64,000 nt of DNA, from positions 14,362 to 78,361 of the IMG/VR virus record IMGVR_UViG_3300001335_000583; one strand, 5' to 3'. The DNA is from a virus (lineage: Duplodnaviria > Caudoviricetes). Positions 27,075 through 36,504 of the stretch are shown in pieces (positions within the stretch are counted from its first letter, which is position 1; every line of letters starts with the position of its first letter). The notes beneath the pieces were generated by a model. It saw nothing but the letters and a program-made list of their open reading frames with translations, had not been told where the DNA came from and ran no database searches. Made by a program: the position numbers and the translations under genes.

Positions 27075-27359
27075 TTATTCCGATTGAACTGTATTATCCC
27101 AAATCATTTCTACATCACTACCATCGCCTTTATATATCTCGATGGTAGGTTGATTTCCATTTTCAATGGGTTTCAGAAATTTTTCAGTATCATATAAAGG
27201 TTCGCATTGTCCTATTTCAATATCTGAATCTAATAGATCATATAAATCAGCAGGTGTTAAACCTTCTTTTAATTTTCGCCTTATCTTAAATAAAGCTTCT
27301 TCTGACCATATAGGTATTCTAAACCATATAGTAGCCTTGTAATCTAAATAGTTATCCAT
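27075..27359 (-). CDS. Hypothetical protein
   Basis: 94-aa ORF, 3 nt downstream of thyX. Confidence 0.6.
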   Translation of the reverse strand: MDNYLDYKATIWFRIPIWSEEALFKIRRKLKEGLTPADLYDLLDSDIEIGQCEPLYDTEKFLKPIENGNQPTIEIYKGDGSDVEMIWDNTVQSE

Positions 27360-27362
27360 AAA

Positions 27363-28508
27363 TTATACATTTTCAATTAAATATCTGTATTGTATCCAGC
27401 CGCGGAAATTATTACACCAACCATATTGAGAATAATCTCGTCTTGAAAACCCGTTAGATATACTAACAGTATATTCATTTTCAGACATGGCTCTGGCACA
27501 ATGCTCGAAGGGACTCATATGACCATTAACTAAAAGTTGATCATGTAACTGAATATCTTTTGCATAATCAATTGCACTATCAAAAGTTAGATAAGAAAGT
27601 CTGGCACACCTAGCTGTTGCTATCCATACTTTTACTCGTTCACCGTCTTGCCAAGACAGTACAGGAATTTTTAATTTACTACAAGTTTTTGTAAGTAACT
27701 TTGTATCAAATTGATCTCCAAAAGGTATATGCCATTCCCCAGCTTCTAACTCTTTAGGTTTACTCTCATTCATTGTATCCCACATGCTTTCAGCAAGAGC
27801 TTGAATATGAATTTCTGCCTGAGATTTATTAATAGACATCCTTTCCTCTATGGTATTTAAAGTTTTAGGAAAAGTACCAAGATTAGCATTTAATAAATCT
27901 TTCCATGATTTAAAAATTTCACCTTTGTATGTACATTGAGGACATCGAAGTTTAAAAAAGTTATCAAATTCTGTTGCAGTTACCAAAGCTGTATGCCACA
28001 TAAAAGGTTCCAAAAGACGGTTACAAAGTTGTTTGGTAACACCAAATCCATACAGAATAATAGCACTTGCTACTACCATGTCCTTGATCTTAAGCCACCA
28101 GCCAACAACGGTCAGAGGAGAATTAGAATTAAACAAGTCTGACACGTACCTGTCAAATAATTCAAGCATCTGACTTCTATCTTCATTCTCAAATCCTTCC
28201 AAGAACTGGGCTTTAATAGCTGAATGAATCTCTTCCCAAACATATTTTTTGTTGGGATCCAAGTACTCAGTACCCTGCATTCTTCTATGGTCCTTCTGCC
28301 AGGCAATGGGAATAAAAGGATCTTCCTCTACCATTTTTACCATCTTTTCAAAAGGAATAGCCCTACTAGATGCAGAGTTTCTGGAAAATACTCTATGTGT
28401 ATTTAACTCAGCCAGAATAAATCTTGGAAAGGTCAGGAGCATAGTTGTAATTCTATGCCCCTGTGGTGAAATACTATCTGCTACTATTTTTGCTTTAATT
28501 TTTTTCAT
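27363..28508 (-). CDS. thyX: FAD-dependent thymidylate synthase (phage ThyX-like)
   Basis: FPRFILAELNTHRVFSRNSASSRAIP, ARCARLSY, HMSPFEH. Confidence 0.8.
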   Translation of the reverse strand: MKKIKAKIVADSISPQGHRITTMLLTFPRFILAELNTHRVFSRNSASSRAIPFEKMVKMVEEDPFIPIAWQKDHRRMQGTEYLDPNKKYVWEEIHSAIKAQFLEGFENEDRSQMLELFDRYVSDLFNSNSPLTVVGWWLKIKDMVVASAIILYGFGVTKQLCNRLLEPFMWHTALVTATEFDNFFKLRCPQCTYKGEIFKSWKDLLNANLGTFPKTLNTIEERMSINKSQAEIHIQALAESMWDTMNESKPKELEAGEWHIPFGDQFDTKLLTKTCSKLKIPVLSWQDGERVKVWIATARCARLSYLTFDSAIDYAKDIQLHDQLLVNGHMSPFEHCARAMSENEYTVSISNGFSRRDYSQYGWCNNFRGWIQYRYLIENV

Positions 28509-28634
28509 ATTATTTTTATTTTTATTTCAATATTATTACCGCTTATATTTGATAAAATGTAACCAAGAGCACTCTATTTTTTCCTCATGCGCCTTGATTT
28601 CTTCTTATAATTGCGTTTACACTTGTTTATCATC

Positions 28635-29297
28635 CACAATACTTCTCATTATTTAATCAATACAATATAATCCTCCCCAACATATCTACCTATAAGGTCA
28701 AATGATATGCCTTTAGGTAAATATTGCTTTCTTAAATGCCTTACGACACCTTTAATACTCCTGATATGAGCAGTATTTGTGCTATGTGGATAATAAGTAT
28801 TAGTACTTGACCATGTTTTGGTTTCCTCATTATACACAAAATTGCCATTACTCTGTAACCACCATTTTATTTTACCCCCGTAAGGTTTTGAATGTATAGG
28901 GAATTTAGTTTTTTTACCACGTTTTATTGTGATTTTTCTATTTTGTTTAAAATTAGCTGGTGGTTTTGCGGTTAAATCAATACCTTGAAAATAATTATAT
29001 GATTCTTTATTATAAACAGACTTTAATCTATCTAAAACAAATTCAACTTTGCAGTTTTGAATTAAATAAATATCAAGCCAAGTTGGAGTATTCATAATTG
29101 GAATTTCACCATTTTTAAAGTCTTTTTCTTCACAATTCCATACCCTATCACCGATACATACAGTAAATCCATCAAAAAAAGTTAATTTCTGAGTATCAGC
29201 CCAATCTTTAAATTCTTTGTAATCTTTATAAGAATCTGTATAGGTTTTATCAATCTCTGCCATAATTATATGTTGTTTTATTCACAATACTTCTCAT
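28635..29297. repeat. 15-bp direct repeat CACAATACTTCTCAT (28635-28649 and 29283-29297)
   Basis: Exact match read directly from the sequence. Confidence 0.8.
28649..29263 (-). CDS. Hypothetical protein
   Basis: 204-aa ORF flanked by a 15-bp direct repeat. Confidence 0.65.
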   Translation of the reverse strand: MAEIDKTYTDSYKDYKEFKDWADTQKLTFFDGFTVCIGDRVWNCEEKDFKNGEIPIMNTPTWLDIYLIQNCKVEFVLDRLKSVYNKESYNYFQGIDLTAKPPANFKQNRKITIKRGKKTKFPIHSKPYGGKIKWWLQSNGNFVYNEETKTWSSTNTYYPHSTNTAHIRSIKGVVRHLRKQYLPKGISFDLIGRYVGEDYIVLIK

Positions 29298-29467
29298 CGT
29301 CCAGCAGCATCCCCGGTATCTTCATCCATCTTCTTCTCAAGTAGCACCTGTATAGCCACCTTAATAGCCTTCCCGATCTCCCTAGGTGTACAGGTTAAAT
29401 CGTTAGCAAATCCACGCCTCCAATAGTTGTAGGTGCGGCGAATCGTTAGTGCTTCGGTTGGGGTCAT
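29294..29467 (-). CDS. Small hypothetical protein
   Basis: Likely start MTPTEAL (ATG 29467, ATGA overlap with the upstream stop). Confidence 0.5.
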   Translation of the reverse strand: MTPTEALTIRRTYNYWRRGFANDLTCTPREIGKAIKVAIQVLLEKKMDEDTGDAAGR

Positions 29468-29844
29468 AGGTTTAGTTTTTCCTTTATCTGTCGCTCCACA
29501 TTGGATTTCGCCCAATATTCAGAGCGGGATGACTCAATCGCCTCCAATATCTGCTTCCGGCTGTAGACCGGTTTGTTTTCACTGATCCATGATTCAGCGG
29601 CCTCTACGGTGGAGAATACTTTTAGAATCTCGCCAAGATCGTTATTAAAGGAACCCCAAGATATTTTACGTAATTTATATGTCTTGGGATGTACAACGTA
29701 TACATATGCCCAGTCATAAAATACTTCCACACCATCCTCGGTGGTAAATAGCGGCTTTTTATCCACGATCTCCTCCTCCCAAAAGTCAGGGTTGTTCTCA
29801 ACTTCCCAAGCTGGTATTATATGTATATTATCCCCATAAAACAC
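29464..29844 (-). CDS. Hypothetical protein
   Basis: 126-aa ORF. Confidence 0.55.
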   Translation of the reverse strand: MFYGDNIHIIPAWEVENNPDFWEEEIVDKKPLFTTEDGVEVFYDWAYVYVVHPKTYKLRKISWGSFNNDLGEILKVFSTVEAAESWISENKPVYSRKQILEAIESSRSEYWAKSNVERQIKEKLNL

Positions 29845-29944
29845 ATAATTTCTTATTTTCTTGTCATACTCAAGAACTATCTCCCTGGCTATTCAATCCT
29901 TCGGCAGTCCGGGGTACCATTGTATTAATTTATAACTTTTATTA

Positions 29945-30889
29945 TCACTCATATCTTTCATAATATTTAAATTCTTTTATAATAAAATCTTCTGGTTTTG
30001 TTGTGAAATTAGCCGAGTGAACGGCATTGTTCATTATAACATTTATAGGTTCAGGGGATAACCCCGTTTTCATGATCCCGGTAAAATAACCGTCAATATA
30101 GAACTTGTACTTATCTGGGGATATTACAACAGCAAATTCATGTTCAGATTGAAGGTTCTTTGCTTTCAATTGTGTCCCAGAGCCATCAGTCGCATACTTC
30201 CCGTATTCAAATCCATAGTGCAGAGTATGCCCAAACTTTCCATTGTTTAAAAGTTCCATTATATCCACTTCAGGCGTGATAGCATCTTGGCCGATAAAAA
30301 CATAGTCTTCTGAATATCTTGCGTGATCATGGTCTTTTATTATTAATACTCTACTAATAGAATCATAACTATGCACTCTTCCCAAATATTGATTATATTG
30401 ATCATACACCCACATGTTAGGCGTGAGGTTATACATGGGTACTTCCATTAGATATAACTCATCAGGATTAACACCATATACTCGACACTTGAATCTTGTT
30501 TCACTAGGGCAGTATCTTTTTCTGAGCATCCAAAGTGCAGAAAAAGAGTTTTCAGGTACAATAGCTTTCCATACCCATGTGCCATAAGCAGGGAACATAT
30601 CGTGATATTCTACCCACCCTATCTTCCAGCTGCATTGTTGCCATCTGTCCCAATGAAACCTGTTCTCATCAGTGGCTTGCACTTTCAGATGTAGACCATC
30701 TTCTTTTATCTCAACACAGTCTTTTGAACAGTAACTGTGTCCAGCATAGAAATTATTTTCTACGATTGAGAATTGAGGATTGTCAAAGTTCTCTTTCCAG
30801 TCGGGGACTGGAGGAAACTGAATAGGTTTAATGCACTTCTGGAAGTGATTATACCTAAGTGCTAATAATCTATTTTGAATTGTTCTCAT
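29945..30889 (-). CDS. Glycoside hydrolase family 16-like protein with an internal insertion
   Basis: FSALWML and catalytic-type PEVDIME (ExDxxE); H.F.V....DKYKFYIDG. Confidence 0.65.
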   Translation of the reverse strand: MRTIQNRLLALRYNHFQKCIKPIQFPPVPDWKENFDNPQFSIVENNFYAGHSYCSKDCVEIKEDGLHLKVQATDENRFHWDRWQQCSWKIGWVEYHDMFPAYGTWVWKAIVPENSFSALWMLRKRYCPSETRFKCRVYGVNPDELYLMEVPMYNLTPNMWVYDQYNQYLGRVHSYDSISRVLIIKDHDHARYSEDYVFIGQDAITPEVDIMELLNNGKFGHTLHYGFEYGKYATDGSGTQLKAKNLQSEHEFAVVISPDKYKFYIDGYFTGIMKTGLSPEPINVIMNNAVHSANFTTKPEDFIIKEFKYYERYE

Positions 30890-31253
30890 TGTACCATTTA
30901 ATAAATTCCACTAGTGCAAGCCATACTGCTTTTATTTTAGTCCTTTTTGTATCTGTTAAATAAATCATAGGTTCCCATTTTGACAATCTGCTATTTCTTT
31001 GTTCTATATAAACAGTGTCTTTTATAATAATCATTCTAAAATAAAAATTATCTCCTGTCTTTAGAGGAGTACTTAAATTCTCAATCTTCTCCACAACTGG
31101 CATTAACCAATCCCAAGAAGAATCATAAGCAAGACAGTCTGCCTTATAGCACTCTGCTTCATGGTCAGGAATATACATTTGATCTTCTTTTTGAAAACCA
31201 CCCATAAACTCTGCTATGAGCTTATTTCCTTCAATTATTTCTTGTTCTTGCAT
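30870..31253 (-). CDS. Conserved phage hypothetical protein
   Basis: GNKLIAEFMG...YDSSWDWLMPVVEKIE motif; ends in TAG. Confidence 0.65.
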   Translation of the reverse strand: MQEQEIIEGNKLIAEFMGGFQKEDQMYIPDHEAECYKADCLAYDSSWDWLMPVVEKIENLSTPLKTGDNFYFRMIIIKDTVYIEQRNSRLSKWEPMIYLTDTKRTKIKAVWLALVEFIKWYNENNSK

Positions 31254-31588
31254 AACTCTGTTGCTTTTAAAATTGCTTCTTCAATTCCGTCAAATTCAAT
31301 ATCAATTCCTTCATTACCTGTAAAATTATCTTGAGATTGAAACCAAATTCCAGAATAATCAGAAAATATTTGAAACTCTAATGCTGGGTAATAAAAGCTA
31401 AGTTTTTTGAATAAAAATGACCATGCCTGTTGCCAGAGTGGGGCACCAAATGCTCTATTTCCTGCATCTACTTGATCTGGAATTACAATATTTTCTGTAT
31501 AATAACACCAATATCCAAAACATTCTTCATCAAACCCCAGCTCTTTTAGAGCTAAGGCTATTTCATACGTTACAAATTGATTTTTCAT
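31235..31588 (-). CDS. Hypothetical phage protein
   Basis: FVTYEIALALKELGFDEEC...APLWQQA motif. Confidence 0.65.
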   Translation of the reverse strand: MKNQFVTYEIALALKELGFDEECFGYWCYYTENIVIPDQVDAGNRAFGAPLWQQAWSFLFKKLSFYYPALEFQIFSDYSGIWFQSQDNFTGNEGIDIEFDGIEEAILKATELCKNKK

Positions 31589-32135
31589 TTATTAATTCTT
31601 TTATTTTGTGGTAACTAACAGGTTTATAGTCCCAAGCATCAACCCCAATATCATACCTGTAAGGGTGCGGGGGTACTTTATCTGTAGTGGTGCTATTTGG
31701 TCCTGAATGTACATGGCCATGCAGGTGGATATACCCACTTCTCCAGTACATGAGTGGGTAATGACACAGTAAGACAGGTTTGACATCTTTAGGTAAGATA
31801 TAGTACATATCCTGCACATCTGCAAAGATGGATTTAAATACTTCCCTGTCTAACCTGTTCTGATAGTCATGGTTTCCCAGGGTCAGGTATATCCTCCCAT
31901 TTAACCGACCCACTACGTGTTTTATCCAATCAATTTTACCTGTCCAGATCAAATCTCCCCCATGAAATACAATACCATCTTCAGGTACTACATCATTCCA
32001 GTTTTGAATTAATGCTTCATCATGTATCTTAATATCTCCCCAGGGTCTGGAACAAAATTCTAAGATATTAGCATGGTGGAAGTGTGTATCTGATGTAAAA
32101 AATATATTATCTATATTATCAGTCTTAAATATCAT
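31563..32135 (-). CDS. Calcineurin-like metallophosphoesterase
   Basis: FTSDTHFHH, HGGD, LGNHD, HLHGHVH, DIGVD. Confidence 0.85.
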   Translation of the reverse strand: MIFKTDNIDNIFFTSDTHFHHANILEFCSRPWGDIKIHDEALIQNWNDVVPEDGIVFHGGDLIWTGKIDWIKHVVGRLNGRIYLTLGNHDYQNRLDREVFKSIFADVQDMYYILPKDVKPVLLCHYPLMYWRSGYIHLHGHVHSGPNSTTTDKVPPHPYRYDIGVDAWDYKPVSYHKIKELINEKSICNV

Positions 32136-32307
32136 TTTTATCGTATTAATCTGGGTTTATCAAAAAAGAATTGAAACGTTAAAAGGGGTATATCAAAGGT
32201 GAGATACCTCCTTCCTTCATAGTTTTTACCTATTGCTACTGTAAATCCAAACTGAGTAGCTGTCCATACATAAAACATCCTGTTGCTTTTTAAAATTTTC
32301 ATAGCCT

Positions 32308-32934
32308 TCATATTGAATATTTTTTAACTAATTTTTGTATTTTTTCCTCTAATTCTATAAGGGATGAATCATTGTAAATAACTTCATTCCAGTCGTCATA
32401 CTGATCCAGGGCTGTTTCAGAAGCATGATCTAACAGGGGAATTCCCGGTCTTTCTATTCTAAACAGCAGACCTCCCCTGTCTATAACAGCTTTTGCTTCA
32501 TTGGGAAATCTGACATCAGTGATAATCCAGTTTATAGAGGGTGAGAATCGATAGTTTCTTATAACAGCATTAACCCAGATATTGGGATGAATCAGATTCC
32601 TGCCACACTCTGTTCCCAACAGTTGCATAAGCAGTCTGGGAGTTAATTCCTGTATAGCATAATTCATACTTATGGCTTCTTGTGCTTCTTTTTCAGTGTT
32701 GTATACTTTGCCTAAAAAATCTTCTTTGTATCTCACCCAGTCTATTCCTAAAGAGGTGTTCTTAAAGTCTATATCTTCCAGTTGCTCCCTGGTACAGCCT
32801 ATTAATAAACAAGTCATATCCTTCAGAGGGTCTGCAAACTTTTTAAACTCCCAGTTTCTTGAAGAGTAGTTTCTGATTATCTTGGCTACAGTATCTTTCC
32901 CACTTTGAGCCTTGCCGCTTATTCCTATTAACAT
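32308..32934 (-). CDS. Deoxynucleoside monophosphate kinase
   Basis: IGISGKAQSGKDT, KFADPLK, TPR.LMQ.LGTE.GR, ITDVRFPNE. Confidence 0.85.
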   Translation of the reverse strand: MLIGISGKAQSGKDTVAKIIRNYSSRNWEFKKFADPLKDMTCLLIGCTREQLEDIDFKNTSLGIDWVRYKEDFLGKVYNTEKEAQEAISMNYAIQELTPRLLMQLLGTECGRNLIHPNIWVNAVIRNYRFSPSINWIITDVRFPNEAKAVIDRGGLLFRIERPGIPLLDHASETALDQYDDWNEVIYNDSSLIELEEKIQKLVKKYSI

Positions 32935-32952
32935 TTTAATTATGATTTAAAT

Positions 32953-32987
32953 AAAAAATAAACCAGGGGAAGATTATATCCCCTGGT
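32953..32987 (-). terminator. Intrinsic terminator downstream of polA
   Basis: ACCAGGGGA-N8-TCCCCTGGT with an A-rich tract on the + strand. Confidence 0.7.
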
Positions 32988-32990
32988 GTT

Positions 32991-35012
32991 TTAATGAACC
33001 CAATACTCAGCTATCTCTGGGACAGCCTTTAGTCTCACATCTTTACAAAAGATAGCTCCTGCATCTTCCATGCACTTTTGAAGCCAGTCAGCTTCATCAT
33101 GTGCCAAGACATCGGGGGCTTCTACTAAATATTCATCATGTACAATATTAACTATCCACACTGCAAAGAGCAGGTTAGCTTCTATTAAATGATTGAAATA
33201 CTTGATACCTGCTATCTTGGTAATAATAGCTGATGTGCCCTGAACAGGGGCATTTAGTGAGTTCCTTTCATACCCACTTCTCTTCCTGAAAAACTCTCGT
33301 ACAGTTTGAACCATGGGATCATCCGGATCTTTGCTCTTAACATACCTGTACCTATCCCAAAATTCTGAATTAAACTGACCTTCTATGTCTTTTAATTCTT
33401 CCCAGTTGGGAATAAACATCTTGTGCCCCGTAATATCAGATATAAGGATATACCCCCTGTTCCACATATTTCTCTTGCACTGCTTGAAGTATTCATTGAT
33501 CTTGCTAAAACCACTGAGGTAAGACTTCTCTATATATAAGCCTTGTTCTACAGGAAGCGCGAGGTTCTTTGCTATGGTAGTGCCATTCCCGCCGTAATGG
33601 ATGGAAAATTTAGCCTTCTTAGCAAGGGCTCTGAGATCAGGCCTTTTCTTTTTAACCTCTTCTTCTGGGATACTATCTAGATCTTCAGGAAAACAGATTT
33701 TAGCTACAAAACTATGCCCATCCCTTTCCTCCTCTGTATCATTATAAAATTCAATCAGCTTGGGTTCTCGGGATAACTGGGTAAACACGTAGTCTTCCTG
33801 GGCGGTATAGTCACAATCAATAAGTACATGACCTTTTTTTGCAACAAAGCTGCTCCTGGTTTCATGGTCACTGGGCAGATTCTGGATATTAATATACTCC
33901 TCTTTGGTGTTTTTGTTCTTACCCCCGCAACTTAACCTGCCTGTATCCATCAACTGGTTAAAGTTGGTATGTATCCTTCCAGTCATGGGATTGATCTGTT
34001 TGAGAACATTCTCCCCATAGGTAGTTACGATCTTATACTTTTTAGTATAAGCCAGGTACAAGGGAGATATGTCTGACAAGTCCTTCTGTTTGTCTATAAC
34101 TTTAGCTTCTACAGACTTTTTATACAACCCTGTCCTTTTATCCTTCACCCTCAGATCAAAGCCCATATGCTCAAAAAGAGGGATCAGCTGTTTGGAACTG
34201 TTCCAGTTTAGTATGCAGACAGGGTCTGTATTAAACCCTGTAAAGAGATTTCCCTGGGCTTCTACGTAAGTATAAACCTTGAAAGAGGGATCTTCTTTAC
34301 TTTTATTAATGATCCATTCATTCAAGACCTTTTCTGCTTCAACCAGGTCTTCCTTATCCTTCTGCATCTTGTCTGACCACTTCTTCCTATCTAGCTTAAT
34401 ACCTGAATACTCTATGTAGGCCAGTACCTTTACAAACTCGTTTTCAATGGAAACAGCCGTAAGTAACCCTTTCTTTACTAGTTCAGGATGTTGTGCTTCC
34501 ATTAGTTTTTCCAGGTATTTAACATCCTCGCAACCATACATGATCACATCTTCAGACAGGCCTCTCTTCCCCCTCAAAGATTTATCCAACCCTACTCCCA
34601 GGTACTCCATGGTTAAACTGTCCAACCCCATAGACCTGTATCCAGGGGGATAACCCAACCAGAGCAGTTTCTCTGCCAGGTAGGTGTCATATACTCTTTT
34701 AAGAACAATCCTACAGTGATAAAAGAACTTTAAATCAAACTTGGCATTCTGTAACAAGAACAATTTATCTGATTCAAGCAAGGCTTTATACTTCTGTATA
34801 TCTACCGTTGTAGTATCTATAAATACCTGGAAGTCATAATTTCCCATCTGAACAGACACCAGGGTAGTGGTATAAACGTCAAATCCAGTAGTTTCCGTGT
34901 CTAGCCCTATGATGTCTAACCCCCAAAGCATCTCCAGTGATTTCTCAATGGAGATAACTTTGTAGGTGTCAGACTCATACAGGCGTGTTTGTTTTGTAAC
35001 TAAATATCTCAT
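32991..35012 (-). CDS. polA: DNA polymerase family A with 3'-5' exonuclease
   Basis: LDTETTG, QNAKFD, TGRLSC, NIQNLP, IDCDYTAQE, AKKAKFSIHYGG, NAPVQGT, VHDE. Confidence 0.9.
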   Translation of the reverse strand: MRYLVTKQTRLYESDTYKVISIEKSLEMLWGLDIIGLDTETTGFDVYTTTLVSVQMGNYDFQVFIDTTTVDIQKYKALLESDKLFLLQNAKFDLKFFYHCRIVLKRVYDTYLAEKLLWLGYPPGYRSMGLDSLTMEYLGVGLDKSLRGKRGLSEDVIMYGCEDVKYLEKLMEAQHPELVKKGLLTAVSIENEFVKVLAYIEYSGIKLDRKKWSDKMQKDKEDLVEAEKVLNEWIINKSKEDPSFKVYTYVEAQGNLFTGFNTDPVCILNWNSSKQLIPLFEHMGFDLRVKDKRTGLYKKSVEAKVIDKQKDLSDISPLYLAYTKKYKIVTTYGENVLKQINPMTGRIHTNFNQLMDTGRLSCGGKNKNTKEEYINIQNLPSDHETRSSFVAKKGHVLIDCDYTAQEDYVFTQLSREPKLIEFYNDTEEERDGHSFVAKICFPEDLDSIPEEEVKKKRPDLRALAKKAKFSIHYGGNGTTIAKNLALPVEQGLYIEKSYLSGFSKINEYFKQCKRNMWNRGYILISDITGHKMFIPNWEELKDIEGQFNSEFWDRYRYVKSKDPDDPMVQTVREFFRKRSGYERNSLNAPVQGTSAIITKIAGIKYFNHLIEANLLFAVWIVNIVHDEYLVEAPDVLAHDEADWLQKCMEDAGAIFCKDVRLKAVPEIAEYWVH

Positions 35013-35281
35013 TATTCAAAGGTTATGAAGCATCCACGCCCTTCTATAAAATTAATGAATTTGATTTTTGCATCTGCTTCTTTTAGGATTTCCCCTTCAG
35101 CCATCAAGGGCCCTCCTGCAGGATTTACGTATACTTTTTTATTCTCCGTGTATCCTGCTCCAAAGGTGGGAGTACTGGTTTTTAAAAGAAATGTCTTGCT
35201 CTCTTCTCCATCAACTTTACGGATCTTTTTAAGGTAGTTTTTTTCACCTCGTCTTGATCTCAAATGAATGGTGCTTTCCAT
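35012..35281 (-). CDS. Hypothetical protein
   Basis: 89-aa ORF with 1-nt stop/start overlaps on both sides. Confidence 0.65.
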   Translation of the reverse strand: MESTIHLRSRRGEKNYLKKIRKVDGEESKTFLLKTSTPTFGAGYTENKKVYVNPAGGPLMAEGEILKEADAKIKFINFIEGRGCFITFE

Positions 35282-35772
35282 TATTTTAAATAGGCTATCA
35301 ACGTGTCAAAATCCAATACATATTTATATTTCTGAAAGAATAAGCTTCCCAGTATCCCATGAATCTGCACACCAGATTCTTGCTTTACCACGCTGAAAGC
35401 ATTATCCAAATCATTTACATTAAAGTCTGTATTAAAATCTCTATCCTTGTAGGAAATGGTCATGTTACAGGTATCATTTTGAATCCTGTTACCCTCCATT
35501 CCAGTGGTTTCCCTTTTTACAGGAGATGTTCTATAGGATAAATTAGAAAGTACAGAAGAATTAATGTGAGAATCATTACTTCCTGTATCCAACAAGAAAT
35601 TAAGCTTATAACCCTTATTGTAAAAAGTTACAACTGGTAACTCCGTTAAATCCATCGCTTCTTTGAAAGATATATTGCAGATCTGTTTGCTTTTCTTTTT
35701 TGTATTTATATAAAATGTAAAGGACAAAATTGGCAGTAATACCGCCCCTATAATTAAAAGTTCAAGTGTCAT
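35281..35772 (-). CDS. Membrane-anchored retropepsin-like aspartic protease
   Basis: N-terminal hydrophobic helix; LNFLLDTGS and GILG motifs. Confidence 0.75.
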   Translation of the reverse strand: MTLELLIIGAVLLPILSFTFYINTKKKSKQICNISFKEAMDLTELPVVTFYNKGYKLNFLLDTGSNDSHINSSVLSNLSYRTSPVKRETTGMEGNRIQNDTCNMTISYKDRDFNTDFNVNDLDNAFSVVKQESGVQIHGILGSLFFQKYKYVLDFDTLIAYLK

Positions 35773-35792
35773 ATCTGTTTATTCAATGTTTA

Positions 35793-36281
35793 TTATTTAC
35801 CTGTAGAACCAAAACCCCCCCTGTTTTCATTACCTAGGCTACTTACTTCAATGAATTTAATCTTCGAGGTAAATAACCATTTCAGTTTTATCCACCAGGG
35901 AGCAAACTGGCTGGGCCTGATTCTAAACTGGGCTATCCTGGTTCCTTTCTCTATGACAGTATCTCTAAAGGGTATGGCAGAAAATAACCACTCATCTTCA
36001 TCCCCATGATAGGTATGATCTATCACTCCCATGCTGTTAGCCATCATGATACCATACTTGGGAAAAGTGGAACTTCTCGGGAGTATGTTGGCTTCAAAAT
36101 ATTTAGGAAGCTGCATGGCTATACCCAACGGGATTAATTCCGGGTAAGAAGTAACTTTTTGATGAAAAGAAGATGGCCCTTTCAATTTTAAGTTATCCCT
36201 GGTTTTTAAATCTACCCACTCCCCCTTTTCATGTTGACAAAGATCAAAAGGACTATCTATGGATTTTACTTTTATTTTCAT
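35793..36281 (-). CDS. dut: dUTPase
   Basis: PRSSTF, NSMGVID..Y.G, RIAQ, RGGFGSTG. Confidence 0.88.
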   Translation of the reverse strand: MKIKVKSIDSPFDLCQHEKGEWVDLKTRDNLKLKGPSSFHQKVTSYPELIPLGIAMQLPKYFEANILPRSSTFPKYGIMMANSMGVIDHTYHGDEDEWLFSAIPFRDTVIEKGTRIAQFRIRPSQFAPWWIKLKWLFTSKIKFIEVSSLGNENRGGFGSTGK

Positions 36282-36504
36282 TTTCTCTTAATAAGATTTG
36301 TTTGTAAATAGAATCATGTCTTATAATAGGTATAGAGTGAATACTGTCCATGTACAGTTCAACGCGTTGAAAACACAGGTCCACTTTGGGATCAACAGGT
36401 ACTTGTCGAGAAATCTGACAAGAGAGAATTATAAATACGCAAACTATGATGGTTATGACTTTTATCTTCATTATAAACATTTTGAATATCCACAATCCAG
36501 GCAC
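36253..36504 (-). CDS. Small putative lipoprotein
   Basis: Hydrophobic N-terminus with a lipobox-like ILSC; ends in TAG. Confidence 0.5.
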   Translation of the reverse strand: MPGLWIFKMFIMKIKVITIIVCVFIILSCQISRQVPVDPKVDLCFQRVELYMDSIHSIPIIRHDSIYKQILLRENENKSKIHR

